DNA from: an uncultured Solirubrobacteraceae bacterium
GTDB lineage: Bacteria > Actinomycetota > Thermoleophilia > Solirubrobacterales > Solirubrobacteraceae
Direction of reading: 5' to 3'
Assembly (NCBI GenBank): GCA_963769565.1
Contig: CAVYMP010000010.1
Span: 518,390-582,389, forward strand
Length of the DNA: 64,000 bases
How positions within the stretch are numbered: the first letter of the stretch is position 1; every line of letters starts with the position of its first letter. Under the pieces are notes generated by a model. The model was not told the DNA's origin. It saw only the letters and a program-made list of their open reading frames with translations, and did not search any database. Below, in pieces: positions 36,799 through 48,526 of the stretch. A program made the position numbers and the translations under genes.

Positions 36799-37218
36799 TC
36801 ACGCGTCGCCGGCCGGCCAGAGTGTGGCCGTCAGCGGGTAGTCGAGGCCGGACTCGACGAGATGACCGACCTTCGCCATCAGCCGGGCGTACGTCTCCGC
36901 AGCTGCCTGCTCACGATCGAGCGTCGCCACGTACGCCGTGTAGGCAAGCGCTGCGTCTGCCGCCGGCGCACGGACCCAGTTGCGGTACGTGCCGTGCGCG
37001 GCGGTGCAGGCGGCGCGCCACCCCACATAGGCGGCGACGGCCGCATCAACCATGCGCTGCTGCTCAGCGATCCCGTCTAGGCGGGCGGATTCGTCCGCAC
37101 GCTCGCGTGAGGCGACCCTGGGAGTTCGACGCCGAGATCCCGCCCCGCGGCAAACGCGCCCGAGCGCGTATTCCAGGATCGAGGCGTATCGCGTCAGAGG
37201 TTTCGAGGCGTCAGACAC
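36799..37218 (-). CDS. Hypothetical helical protein
   Basis: AYVGWRAAC...Y..W...DREQAAAETY; overlaps the upstream ORF. Confidence 0.6.
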   Translation of the reverse strand: MSDASKPLTRYASILEYALGRVCRGAGSRRRTPRVASRERADESARLDGIAEQQRMVDAAVAAYVGWRAACTAAHGTYRNWVRAPAADAALAYTAYVATLDREQAAAETYARLMAKVGHLVESGLDYPLTATLWPAGDA

Positions 37219-37411
37219 GGCGGTGCAGATGCCCCGGGTCGTAGCCGAGCCGCAGGTGCGCGCGCGGGTCGCGTCGATACAGCGTCACGAGCCCGTCGAT
37301 CCATTCGACGCGCCAGTTCTCGTTCGGCATCGGCATCACCTGTCGCGGTCGTCTGCGGCTGCCGTCGGCCGTGAGCACGATCGGATACGGGTCGATCATT
37401 AGCATCGCCAC
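37211..37411 (-). CDS. Small hypothetical protein
   Basis: Packed between the patatin gene and the next ORF. Confidence 0.45.
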   Translation of the reverse strand: MAMLMIDPYPIVLTADGSRRRPRQVMPMPNENWRVEWIDGLVTLYRRDPRAHLRLGYDPGHLHRRV

Positions 37412-38469
37412 TAGCTCCGCACTGCCTGCAGGTGGGGCCGTTGCCCGTCCGCTGCCGGGAGGGCGGCACGCCGCGCGAGCTCGGCCCGGCCGGGTCGAAC
37501 GTCGCGATCTGTGTGCACGAGCCGAAGGTGGCTCGAGCCCGGGCGCGAAGCGAGACGTCTGCGAGCCCCGGTGAGCGCTTCGCTCATCAGCGTGCGCCCG
37601 TGCTCAAAGCTCGTTGGCTGGACGCCGGCCGAGTCCGGTGCGGGCAGGACAACCAGCTCGGCCTCGCGCGAGTATCTGGCCAGGTCAGCCTTGAGCCGGC
37701 TGGAACCGAGGAGGCCAAGACCGTGGATCGCGGCATCGAGCGCGGTCTTCGCCGGGCGTGTGAGCGGCTGGCATGGATCCTGCGCCGGAAGCACGTAGAC
37801 CGTTTCCGCGCCCAGCGCGACGGCATGGGAGATCGGGGTGTTGTTGACAACACCCCCGTCGATGAGCCGTTGTTCGCCGATGGCGACGGGGGGATAGATC
37901 CCCGGGATCGACATGGACGCCGCGATCGCGTCGAGGGCACGTCCCTCGGAGAGCAGCACCTCGCGGCCTGCGATCTGATCGAACACCACCACATGGAGGG
38001 GGATCGCAGCGTCGGCAAGATCGTCGAACTCGAGGCATCGGCGCACGAGTGCTCGCAGCCCGCGGTCGGGGACGAGATGGTCGCGTCGTCCGCAGACACC
38101 CCCGACGAGGGCGGTCATGCTGACCGGGAAGACGTCCTCCCGGGACAGGTCGCTCCAGATTCGCCCAAGCTGCCGGGCCGTCGCGGCGGTGGGGGGCCGG
38201 GAGGCGGCAAACGCTGCGTTGAGCGCTCCGGTGGATGTCCCCACGAGGACGTCGGGCTCAATCTGGTGCTCGTAGAGGGCCTGGAGCATTCCGACCTGGG
38301 CCGCGGCAAGGCTCCCGCCGCCTGACAGAACGAATGCCGTGCGTGGCCGGCTGCCGCCGATCGGCGCGAAGCGCCGGCGTGGGGCACGTGATGGATCTCC
38401 GGTGCCGATGCTTGCGGGTGTCGTTCGCGTCATGGTCGAAAGCCTCCGCCAAACGTCTCGAGGTCGCAT
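37411..38469 (-). CDS. Patatin-like phospholipase (start uncertain)
   Basis: SGGGSL, GTSTG, ASMSIP and DGG. Confidence 0.9.
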   Translation of the reverse strand: MRPRDVWRRLSTMTRTTPASIGTGDPSRAPRRRFAPIGGSRPRTAFVLSGGGSLAAAQVGMLQALYEHQIEPDVLVGTSTGALNAAFAASRPPTAATARQLGRIWSDLSREDVFPVSMTALVGGVCGRRDHLVPDRGLRALVRRCLEFDDLADAAIPLHVVVFDQIAGREVLLSEGRALDAIAASMSIPGIYPPVAIGEQRLIDGGVVNNTPISHAVALGAETVYVLPAQDPCQPLTRPAKTALDAAIHGLGLLGSSRLKADLARYSREAELVVLPAPDSAGVQPTSFEHGRTLMSEALTGARRRLASRPGSSHLRLVHTDRDVRPGRAELARRAALPAADGQRPHLQAVRS

Positions 38470-38960
38470 CTAGGAGGCCCCTAGTCGGGCACTAGCCGCA
38501 CCCGCGCAAGCCCCGGCCGCGGGCCGTGGCCGGACTCGGGACCGGTGATCGGCGGCGGCGACGGCGTGATCGGCACGCGCGCTCACGGGGGCCGAGGCGG
38601 CTGCGCTGGCACGGCGATGATGATGAACGTGGCCGCGTTCGGCGCGGTCGCGCGCGGTCGCGTCCGTCGGCGGCTTCGCCGCGGCGCATGGTTGGAGGCC
38701 ACTCTTCGGCGATCGTTACCGGTGTCGCGCTGGCGGCGCTCGGGCTCTCGGTGCCGCTTTCCGGGCTCGCCGCCGTCCGATCGCCGGCAGGCGAGTGCTC
38801 GCCGCCGGCCCGCAGCTCCCACGCAGCGCGCCCTCCGAGTGCCTCGGCAGGGCGTCATGGGCGGCTCGCCTCTCGGCGAAGACGGCTGACCGAACGGCGG
38901 CGGCGGCGCCCCGCTCCCGCCTTTCTCAAGGGTCGTCCCTGGTGGGCCGGCGAGCTTCGG

Positions 38961-39518
38961 TTAGGACTGCTTGACCGCGGAAATGTCGAGCCTGAGAGTG
39001 ACCGTGTCGCCGACGAGCAGATTGCCGCTGCCCAGCGCCTGGTTGAACCTCATCTCGTAATCGCTGCGCGAGATCTGGCCGGTGACCTCGAGGCCGACGC
39101 GCTCGTTACCCCAGGGGTCGACATCGGTGCCCTGCGCCTCGGCGTGCAGGACGATCTCGTTTGTGACGCCGTGGATCGTGAGCTGTCCGGTGATCCGGAA
39201 GGTCTCATCGTCGAGCGCCGCGATCCTCGTCGACTCGAAGCTGATCTCAGGGAAGTGCGCGGCGTCGAAGAAGTCCGGCGAGCGGAGGTGCTCGTCGCGC
39301 TGGGGCTCGTTGGTGTCCACGGACTGCGCCTTGACGGTGCCGGATGCCTTCGCGGCCGCGAGATCGTCACCGATCTCGATCGTGCCCTCGAACTCGGTGA
39401 AGCTGCCGCGGACGGTGGCGAGACCCATGTGTCTGACGGCAAAGCCGATGCTGGAATGCGCTGGATCGACCGCCCAGGTGCCGGCGGGTATCACGGTATT
39501 CGACGGGACGGTGCTCAT
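38961..39518 (-). CDS. YceI family protein
   Basis: WAVDPAHSSIGFAVRHM, RDEHLRSPDFFD and DPWGNER. Confidence 0.93.
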   Translation of the reverse strand: MSTVPSNTVIPAGTWAVDPAHSSIGFAVRHMGLATVRGSFTEFEGTIEIGDDLAAAKASGTVKAQSVDTNEPQRDEHLRSPDFFDAAHFPEISFESTRIAALDDETFRITGQLTIHGVTNEIVLHAEAQGTDVDPWGNERVGLEVTGQISRSDYEMRFNQALGSGNLLVGDTVTLRLDISAVKQS

Positions 39519-39785
39519 TGTCTGCTGCTCCGGTTTCGATGACGAAGGCGACCGTGTCGATCGCCTCTCCTGGGGTTGTCGGCCGCCGACACGCGCTGAG
39601 CCGGGGCTCCGGGGCGCTCGTTCGCCGGCCTGATTGAAACGTAGCCCGGCGCGGAGAGCTCACAAGCGGGACGGGCGATCAGTTACTACACCGAGACGAT
39701 CGGATCGCCCCGTGGCGCCTGAGACGCCACAGCATCGCCGGTGCATTCGGCGTCATGGTCTGTCGCCGGTCGCCGTGACTGGCGG

Positions 39786-39996
39786 TCACGATGCCACCGT
39801 AGGCCCGGGTGTGTTCAGCGAGCGCTCGCTCGCCGCCTCGAGCCCTCGGAGTGGGACGAGCCGCCGGTCGGCCTCGGCGCGCAGCGCGCAGCGCCGGGCG
39901 GGATCGCCAGATCGAGCAGCCATGTCCGAAGGCAAACGGGAAGTCCATGCGCGACTTGAACCGCTGATATTCACGGCGGGCTTCGTCGAGGGTCAT
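39786..39996 (-). CDS. Small hypothetical protein, probably frameshifted
   Basis: MTLDEARREYQRFKSRMDFPFAFGHGC then continues in another frame. Confidence 0.35.
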
Positions 39997-40237
39997 TGCC
40001 GCGCATCACCTCGCGGGTCCGAGGTCTTTGCTGTGCGGCTGCCCCGCGATCCCGAGGCGCTCTCGTCGATGACGATTCCGAAACTGGCCCGGACCGGTGT
40101 CGGAGCGATCACGCGGCACAAGGAAATGCTCCGCACCCGGCCGAACGGCCGGAGACGACGAGTTCGGCAAGTGGCATCGTCTCTGCTCCGTGATTGACGC
40201 AGTGAGTCAGCCGGGTCTCTCGATGGTGACGCCGTGG

Positions 40238-40672
40238 CTACACGTCCGCCGACCTCTGAAGATCCCGGAATGGCTCGGCAAAGAGCAGCGCGGTGCACGC
40301 TTCGATGCAGGCTCGACAAGCGTCCTCGCAGATTGCGCAGTGCCGATGGTGCTCGGCGTGCCGGGCGCACTCCTCCGCACAGGTCACGCACGCGCGGACG
40401 CACGCCTTGATTAAACGGTCGAAGGTGAGGAGATCCGACTGCGCCGGTTGCGAGAGAACCCGGGCCGTGGTGTCACAGACATCGGCGCAGACGTGATTGA
40501 GGGCGATGCAGGTTCGGAGGTTGGCGACATCCGGCTCGACGAGATCGGAATCCGCGCACTGCGTGCAGGCCTGTACGCAGGTGAAGCAGGCGTCGATCGC
40601 CGCGGCGAGGCGCCGGGTACCGATCAGGAGCGGCGCCGGGGAGGCTTCCAACATGTGGCGGGTATTGGTCAT
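40238..40672 (-). CDS. Cys-rich four-helix copper storage protein (Csp3/DUF326)
   Basis: Repeated CxxC/CxxxC; HAEHHRHCAICEDACRAC. Confidence 0.88.
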   Translation of the reverse strand: MTNTRHMLEASPAPLLIGTRRLAAAIDACFTCVQACTQCADSDLVEPDVANLRTCIALNHVCADVCDTTARVLSQPAQSDLLTFDRLIKACVRACVTCAEECARHAEHHRHCAICEDACRACIEACTALLFAEPFRDLQRSADV

Positions 40673-40817
40673 GCCGATAGACAACCGCATGGGAGGCGTG
40701 GAACAACAAGACCTGGCGCTGAATCGATCTGCGCTTGCTATCGCCCATCCGATCGGGGCGGCGAGCGAGCGATCCCCCACGGGCATCGAGTGATCGGGCC
40801 GGATGCCCGACGCTCGG

Positions 40818-41606
40818 CTACGCCCGCTTCGTGGCCAGACGGCGGTCCGCCAGCGCGGCGAGGTCGATGTCGTCCAGGCTCGTGACCACGATGTCGGCGT
40901 GGGCCGCTGCCAGGAGCTCGGCGTCGTCGGCGCGTGCGATGCCGATCGCTCCCATTCCCCCGGCCTTGGCGGCCTGAACGCCCGCGGCGGCGTCCTCCAT
41001 CACGATCGCGTCCTCGGGCGCCACCCCGAGCTCGCGCGCAGACGTGAGGAATATCTCGGGATCTGGCTTTCCGTGTGCGAAATCCCGGCCCGACAGGTCA
41101 GCGTCAAAGTACTCGAGCAGCGTCAGGCCCGGTCGCACGGTGGCCGAGGAGATCCCCTGTTCCCGGGCGAACGTGTCGAGCCTGATCTTGCGCAGGAACA
41201 GATTCGCGTTCTTCGAGGAGGAGGCGGCGGCGACGCGGACGCCCGCCTCCTTGAGCGCGATGATGAACCGCAGGGCGTCGGGGTAGGCGGTGAACTCGCC
41301 GGCTTCGATGAGCTTCACCACCGTCGCCTGCTTCCGATCGGCGTACTGGGCCAGGCGGTGGTCGTCGTCATCGGGCACGTGGAAGTACTCAAGCGCGGCG
41401 CGCGCGCCGTCCATCCGCGGCTTGCCTGACATCTGCTCCTCGTATACGTGCGGCGTGAACGCCTCCGCTGACCAGCTCGTCTGATCGCGGATGTCGCTCC
41501 AGTCGCTCTCCATGAGATCGCGCAGCGACTCGCGCCAGGCCTTCTCGTGCGGCGAATCCACGAGAACCCCGTCGACGTCGAAGATCGCTCCTTCAAATCG
41601 CCGCAT
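40818..41606 (-). CDS. HAD hydrolase, beta-phosphoglucomutase family
   Basis: FDVDGVL, SSSKNA, GKPDP and EDA; overlaps the GH65 gene. Confidence 0.9.
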   Translation of the reverse strand: MRRFEGAIFDVDGVLVDSPHEKAWRESLRDLMESDWSDIRDQTSWSAEAFTPHVYEEQMSGKPRMDGARAALEYFHVPDDDDHRLAQYADRKQATVVKLIEAGEFTAYPDALRFIIALKEAGVRVAAASSSKNANLFLRKIRLDTFAREQGISSATVRPGLTLLEYFDADLSGRDFAHGKPDPEIFLTSARELGVAPEDAIVMEDAAAGVQAAKAGGMGAIGIARADDAELLAAAHADIVVTSLDDIDLAALADRRLATKRA

Positions 41607-44080
41607 CCTGCACCCTTTCGTCCGAGTTTCGCGGCCCACCGACTGCGGCCGGCATGGAGAGCGCGAACGTCTCCGTATCACCGGGACACAGGTCACGGAT
41701 CTCGTGGCCGATGCCGACCCGTATCGCCCCGCCGGCGCCCTCCCGGTCAACGCTCAGCGCGAGCCGGTCATGGTCGAGCGTCACCCGCAGGGGGGTTCGC
41801 TCGGAACTGCATCGAGAAGGACACCTCTTCGAGCGCTGCGGGGAGCCTCGGCTCGAACCGAAGGACGCCGTCGCGAATCTCGCAGCCGGCGTAGGCACGC
41901 TGTATGAGGTCGAGCGTCCCCGACATGACGCCCATGTGGATGCCCTCTCGGGTCGTCCCGCCCTGGATGTCCTCGGCGTCGCTTCGCAGCGCCACCCGGA
42001 AGCGCTCCCACGAGCTCTCCGGGTTCAGCGCAGCGAGCACACCCGCATGGGCGACGAAGCTCAGGGTCGACCCGTGCGAGGTGCGCTCGTCGTAGTAGGC
42101 GATGTTGCGGGCGGCGGTATCGGCACGGTACTGATAGCCCAGGCGCTCGAACAGCTGCCGGAGCGCGCCCGGGGAGAAGAGGTAGAACAGCATCACGGTG
42201 TCGGCCTGCTTCGCGAGCTTGAAGCGGTTGGGGTCCTCACCCTCCGCGTGCAGGATCCGGTCAAGCCGCTGGATGTTCCCGTACCGCGCCCGGTATCCCT
42301 GCCAGTCGAGCTCGTCGAGCTGCTCGTAACCCTCGAACTGGCTGATGATGCCGTCGCCGTGGAAGGGGACGAACATGCGGCGGCTCACATCGCGCCACAG
42401 CTCCAGCTCCTCGTCTGAGATCTCCAGCCTTGAACGCAGCGCCTGGCCTCGGCTGTCGGGCAGCAGCGAGAGGACCTCACCAGCCAGCCCGCACAGCCAC
42501 GCCACCATCAGGTTCGTGTAGGCGTTGTTGCGCAGCCCGCCGCGATCGGCCCCGGGGTACTTCTCATGGAACTCATCGGGGCCCATCACGCCATGGATCT
42601 CGTAGCGTTCGCGCTCGGGATTGAAGTGCGCGATGGAGCCCCAGAAGCGCGCGATCTCGAGCATCAGCTCGGCGCCGTAGTCGCGGAGGAAGGCCAGGTC
42701 CCGGGTGGCCTGGAAGTAGTGCCAGACGTTGTAGAAGATGGCCGCGTTCACGTGACGCTGGTTGCGGCTGAGGTCGGGCTCCCAGTGGCCGGAGAGCGGG
42801 TTGAGGTGGACCTGCTGCGTCTCCTCGGTGCCCTCGCTGCCGCTTTGCCACGGGAACATCGCGCCGCGGAAGCCCGCTTCTCGGGCCGCAGCCCGCGCCT
42901 CCTCCAGCCGACGGTAGCGGTACATCAGCAAAGCGCGCGTGACCTCGGGCATCCGGAGGCTGAGGAATGGATAGACGTAGAGCTCGTCCCAGAACACGTG
43001 TCCGCGGTAGGCCTCGCCGCTCAGGCCGCGGGCTGGCACCCCCGCGTCCAGATCCGCCGTGTGCCGGGAGCAGACCTGCAGGACGTGGCAGATGTGCAGC
43101 CGCAGGAGCGCCTGGACCTCCTCGTCCCCGCGCACGCGTATGTCGCACACGCGCCAGAGCTCTTCCCAGCTTGAGGCGTGGCGGTCGAGCGCCTCCCCGA
43201 AGTCCGGGCGCCGCAGGGCGCCGGCGCCCGCCTTCGTGAGCGTGTCACTGGTGGCCGCGTCGCGCGATGTCGAGAACGCGACGACCTTCTCGACCCGGAT
43301 CGGCGCGTCCTTCCTGACCTCGAATGCGAGTACCTGCTGAACGTAGTCCTCGACCTGGTACACGCGGCGGTCGACCGGCAGGGGATGCTCGCCAGCGAAC
43401 ACGCGGGTACGCGCCGCCTGGCTGACGTACACGTTTGACTGGCGCGTCTGGAGCTTCAGGGCGATCACCTGCGGACCGAAGGTCCGCGGCGAGACCGGAT
43501 CGAGATGCCGGCCCTCGAGCTTCAGGTAGCGGGCGACGCCGCGGTTGGTGATCCGGCCGTCGATCGCCGAGATCACCTCGACCCGCCCCGACCAGTTATG
43601 GGCGCTCAGCGTCCATTCGATCGCGGCGCAGTGCGGATCGGCCATGCTCACGAAGCGTCGGCTGCGCAGCGTCGTCTCGCGCCGCGCGTGGTCGCGGAAG
43701 CGAACTGAGCGCGTCATCAGCGCCCGCCGCAAGTCGAGCTCGTGACGGTAGTCGAGCAGCTCGACATCTGCGAGCCGGATGGCGTCCTCGCCCTCGATCC
43801 GCAGCCTGAGCACAAGCCAGTTGGTCAGGTTCACGAGGTCCTCGTTGAGCACCGGGACACCGCCGAGGATCGTCGTCTCCCGGTTATAGACGCCGTGCGC
43901 GTAGGTCCCGGGGTAGTGGACCCCGTCGGCGTCCTCCCACTCGGCGGCGCCACGCGAGCAGAAATGCCCATTGCCCGTTGAGGTCAGCACTTCGCGCAGA
44001 CCCTCCTGATCGGGGTCAAAGCCCTCATAGGCGAGCGAAAACTCCTCTGCCGCGGCTCCTCGGATTGCCGGTGTGACCAA
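41593..44080 (-). CDS. Glycoside hydrolase family 65 (trehalose/maltose phosphorylase-like), frameshift near 41790
   Basis: ARGLSGEAYRGHVFWDE, FPWQSG, GPDEFHE, KQAD and HGSTLS. Confidence 0.93.
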
Positions 44081-44405
44081 TGAGCCGCCGTCCTGAACCA
44101 GCTGACCGTTGGCAGCCAGGCTCAACCCAGTGGTTGGCGAGTCGGCCTTCAGATGGTGCGGGCTGGCTGCCATGACGGTAACCATGCGGGCCAGCGCTGT
44201 CCGGCACAAACCGCGGATGCGACGACGCGATAGCCGCCGGTTATCACCAGCAGCTGATCCGCGGCGTCGATCGCGCGATCACGGGTCACTGTTGACCCCG
44301 ACGGGCACGCGGGGATGCTCGTGGCATGACGCCACGGAAGCGCACAGCCGGCGAAGGCTGCGGGATGAGCGCAGCGCTCTTCCCGGTCCGCTGAGGGGGC
44401 GGCTC

Positions 44406-46496
44406 GTGACGCCCATCAAGCGTCGTTCACCGTGCGAGCACTCGTTCGCGTGTCTCTACCGCCAGGGCTGCGCGCGCGTTGCCGCGGCGGTTCCGCAGCT
44501 GCGCCCTGCCGAGCCCGATTTCAACGCAGCGCGCACGCTGGCGCTCGCCGGGCGGGCATCGGCGGAGCGCGCCGCGGTCGTGATCTTTCCCGAGCTCGGC
44601 ATGTCCGCCTACGCGATCGACGACCTTCTGCACCAGCAGGCGCTCCTGGACGCGGTGGAGGCCGCGCTGGCCCGGGTGGTGGCCGGAAGCGAGACGCTCC
44701 TGTCGGTGATCGTGGTCGGCGCGCCGCTGCGGACAGAGGGCGGAGTGTTCAACACCGCGGTCGTGATCCACCGCGGACGGTTGCTCGGCGTCGTTCCGAA
44801 GAGCTACCTGCCTGAGTACCGGGAGTACTACGAGAAGCGGCAGTTCCGCGCGGCCCGGGACGCAATCGGCGATCAGCTGAAGCTGCTCGGCACTACGGTG
44901 CCGTTCGGCGCCGACCTGCTGTTCGCGTGCCGGGACTGCCCGAACCTCGTGCTCCACGCCGAAATCTGCGAGGACCTGCGGGCGCCGATTCCACCAAGCA
45001 CATACGCGGCCATGGCCGGTGCCACAGTGCTCGCGAACCTCTCGGCGAGCAACGTCACGATCGGGAAGGCGGAGTACCGCCGCCGCCTGTGCGCATCGCA
45101 GTCGGCGCGCACGATCGCGGCCTATCTGTATGCGGGCGCCGGCGCAGGCGAGTCAACCACGGATCTCGCGTGGGACGGCCAGGCTCTGATCTACGAGAAC
45201 GGTGACCTTCTGGGGCAGAGCGAGCGGTTCTCAGGCCGGGAGGAGCTGATCCTCGCCGACATCGACCTCGACCGGATCATCGCCGACCGCACCAGCACCA
45301 GCAGCTACGCCGACTCGACCCACGACCACATCGAGCGCCTGCGGCGCATGCGGCGCATCGAGTTCGACCTCGTAACCCCCGACGAACCGCACCCGATGCC
45401 CCTCCGTCGCCGGATCCGGCGCTTCCCCTACGTCCCAGCCGATGCGGCCAGCCGGAGCGAGCGCTGCGAGGAGGTCTACAACATCCAGGTCCAGGGGCTC
45501 GAGACGCGCCTTCGCGCGACGGGGATCGAGAAGGTCGTGATCGGCGTCTCGGGCGGGGTGGACTCGACGCACGCGCTGATCGTTGCCGCGCAAGCGCTTG
45601 ACCGCCTCGGCCTGCCGCGCTCCAACGTCCTGGCGTACTCGATGCCGGGGTTCGCGACCAGCGAGCGCACTCTGAGAAGCGCCCGCGGGCTGATGCAAGC
45701 ACTGAGCGTGAGCGCGAATGAGCTCGACATCCGCCCGTCCGCCACCCAGATGTTGCGTGACCTCGGCCATCGGGCCGTCGAGGGAGTGCCGAGCTACGAC
45801 ATCACATACGAGAACGTGCAGGCCGGCGAACGCGCCTCGCACCTGTTCAGGCTCGCGAACCACCACGAGGCGCTCGTCGTTGGGACCGGCGACCTCTCCG
45901 AGCTCGCGCTCGGCTGGAGCACCTACGGGGTCGGTGATCAGATGTCGCACTACAACGTGAACGCGTCCGTCCCGAAGACCCTGATCAGGTTTCTCATCGC
46001 CTGGGCGATCCACACCGACCAGTGCGGCCGGCGGGCGAATGAGGTGCTCCGGTTGGTCCTCGAAACCGCGATTTCCCCGGAGCTCATTCCCGCCGGCGAT
46101 CCCGTCCACGGCCCCGGCCAGCACAGCGAGACGGTCATCGGCCCGTTCGAGCTCACGGACTTCTTCCTCTATTACACGCTGCGGTTCGGCTACCGGCCCA
46201 GCAAGGTCGCATTCCTGGCCCAGCACGCATGGGGGGACCGCAACCGCGGCAGGTGGCCCGACGGTATCCCCGAGGATCGACGCAACGAGTACAGCCTCGC
46301 CGAGATCAAGCACTGGCTCGGTGTGTTCCTTGAACGGTTCCTTCACACGAGCCAGTTCAAGCGCTCGGCACTGCCCAACGGTCCCAAGATCGGCTCCGGC
46401 GGGGCGCTGTCGCCACGCGCAGACTGGCGGGCCCCGAGCGACTCAAGCGCTGCCGTGTGGCTTCGCGAGCTGGAGCAGAACGTCCCGGATCAGTAA
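44406..46496 (+). CDS. nadE: Glutamine-dependent NAD+ synthetase
   Basis: Nitrilase triad FPEL/PKSYLP/ICED; [22 protein letters not shown] and QFKR. Confidence 0.95.
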   Translation: MTPIKRRSPCEHSFACLYRQGCARVAAAVPQLRPAEPDFNAARTLALAGRASAERAAVVIFPELGMSAYAIDDLLHQQALLDAVEAALARVVAGSETLLSVIVVGAPLRTEGGVFNTAVVIHRGRLLGVVPKSYLPEYREYYEKRQFRAARDAIGDQLKLLGTTVPFGADLLFACRDCPNLVLHAEICEDLRAPIPPSTYAAMAGATVLANLSASNVTIGKAEYRRRLCASQSARTIAAYLYAGAGAGESTTDLAWDGQALIYENGDLLGQSERFSGREELILADIDLDRIIADRTSTSSYADSTHDHIERLRRMRRIEFDLVTPDEPHPMPLRRRIRRFPYVPADAASRSERCEEVYNIQVQGLETRLRATGIEKVVIGVSGGVDSTHALIVAAQALDRLGLPRSNVLAYSMPGFATSERTLRSARGLMQALSVSANELDIRPSATQMLRDLGHRAVEGVPSYDITYENVQAGERASHLFRLANHHEALVVGTGDLSELALGWSTYGVGDQMSHYNVNASVPKTLIRFLIAWAIHTDQCGRRANEVLRLVLETAISPELIPAGDPVHGPGQHSETVIGPFELTDFFLYYTLRFGYRPSKVAFLAQHAWGDRNRGRWPDGIPEDRRNEYSLAEIKHWLGVFLERFLHTSQFKRSALPNGPKIGSGGALSPRADWRAPSDSSAAVWLRELEQNVPDQ

Positions 46497-47007
46497 TGCC
46501 TGGGGGTGGGTCGGAGCCTCGGACGGCGCCCGTACGGTGATCGGCGCGTCGTCGCGGCCGCACCTTCTCCACGCAGCTGGCGCGAGCCTGAGGCCAGGTT
46601 GTCGGCGATGTGCGGACTGCATGGAAAACAAGCCCGGCAGCTCCCACACGGGTGAGGGCCGTCGGGGAGCCGACGGGGCGGCGTGGGGGGGACCCACAGG
46701 GGTTTCCGGCTAGGGGTTCGACTAGGGGCACTCCAGATGCGATCGCCGCGCCGTGAGCGCAAGCTTCTCGCAGCGATGAAGACGACGGGAGAACATGGAC
46801 TTCAGCTCGGCGCGTATTTCCTGCACCAGACGCGCGGATTCTGTGCCCGACCGTCGATCGCCATCGGGACTAGCCGCACGCGCTCGCGGGCTGTGATGCA
46901 CCAGTCGCCGCTTTGCCTGAGCGATCGGACCCCAGGCCGGGGAGCGCGACCGCGTTTCCCGCTCCACCTACAACAGGCGTCGGACCGACGCCAGAAGGAC
47001 GCCGCCC

Positions 47008-47190
47008 GTGCTCGTTGAACTGGACACACGCCGCAATGATGGTTTCGCGGTCTCGCTCGAGTGGAACCGCGACACCGGACAAACCCAAATCGTCATCGAC
47101 GACACCCGGAACGCAACACAGACCGTGTTCGCGGTTCCGGGGGTCAATGCCGGCGACGCATTTCGGCATCCATTCAGGTACGCACGATGA
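47008..47190 (+). CDS. Small hypothetical protein
   Basis: ELDTRRNDGFAVSLEW...DAFRHPFRY. Confidence 0.55.
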   Translation: MLVELDTRRNDGFAVSLEWNRDTGQTQIVIDDTRNATQTVFAVPGVNAGDAFRHPFRYAR

Positions 47191-48130
47191 ACGCCGTTGC
47201 CCGACGCGCCGAGCTCGCGTGCCGACTCGCGGAACTGCGACGGCTCGCCGAACGCCCGACGCGAGATCGACGCTGAGATCAACTGGTCCGCCTGGCGCGT
47301 GACCGCTCAAGGGGTGACCGCCTACGGGAGACTCACGCGCGCGAGCTGCGAGTTCGGGCATGAGGTGGCCGCTGGCTAGCGGGGGAGCGGATGGTGGTCG
47401 AGACGCCGGGGAACCCGTTGGCGTTGTCAGAATTTCCGCGGGGTCCCACGGGCAGAGCTGGTGTTGTGGCAGCCGCAGAGCCGGTCGGCGACCCGGCGCT
47501 GCTGTAGGGCATCGCAGGGCGACTGGATCGCATGTGAGGCGCCTCGCTCGCTTGGTCGCCGAGCTGTTGGAGGTCGGCGGCTCGGCTCGGCTTCGCCATT
47601 CGCTCGTGCGCTCGGGGTGGCGAGGCGTCGCGCGCGCCGCTCGCTGCGGAGTCCGGTCCCGGTTTGTCAGCGCCGGATTACGGTGTACCGGAACGTGATC
47701 ACCGCGGCCGATCGCGCGGTCGCGCCACGGTGTTGTGGCCACCGACGTCTTGGCGGATCGTTGCGTGTGTGGAAACGCGGTCGTTGTCTGGCCGCTGATG
47801 TGCCCCCGGCTGACGGGGCGGCGTGGTCGGGCCGTCTGGTCCTCCTCTCTCCCCAGGGACGGCTCTCGAGCCCGCGCTGCGCGCTGGTACCGCGTCGCCC
47901 CGTGAGCCGGGTCGCAGCCTTGCACGAGGATTCACGCGCGAGTGCCCGACGCCTGCACAGCGGCCGGACAGTCGACGCGGTGGAGATGCGCACCTTTGGC
48001 GAATCGGAGGTGCGAGCCGACACGCGGACCGACACCCGTTTTCACTTCGGGACGGGTATCACGGTTCATGGCCGATCGATCTCACGGCCACGACCTTACC
48101 GGCCTCCCGGGAGGCAGAGCGACGGGGCGC

Positions 48131-48260
48131 TCAGAGCAACCAGTACGCCAACCCGCCAAACACGATCGACGCCAGCCACGAGAAGTCCACCCCGCCGGTG
48201 GCGCGCGACATTGGACTCTGGGAACAGCGAGACCCCACCGTATTCGAAGGCCAGCCACTA
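48131..48260 (-). pseudogene. Possible purine-cytosine (NCS1) permease C-terminal remnant
   Basis: PMSRATGGVDFSWLASIVFGGLAYWLL*. Confidence 0.4.
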
Positions 48261-48526
48261 GTACGCCTCGCAGGGCCACTGTGCCGCCTTGCTCGCCGCC
48301 CGCGGCCCCGACCTGTCTGGGTACGGACACCGGCAGCCGGACCAGGGACTGACGCGGCACGACGCTGACCCGTCGACGGCGGACGGGTTGCGCTCTCATC
48401 GGCCCGTCCGATCGGGCGATCGCCCAGCGCGCTTGTGGCGCACCGGCGCCGGCCGCATCGTGGGGGTCCGTCACTTACGCGAGCGGCGCAACTCGGCGCT
48501 CGCCCGAACTCCCGAAGGAGAAGGTA

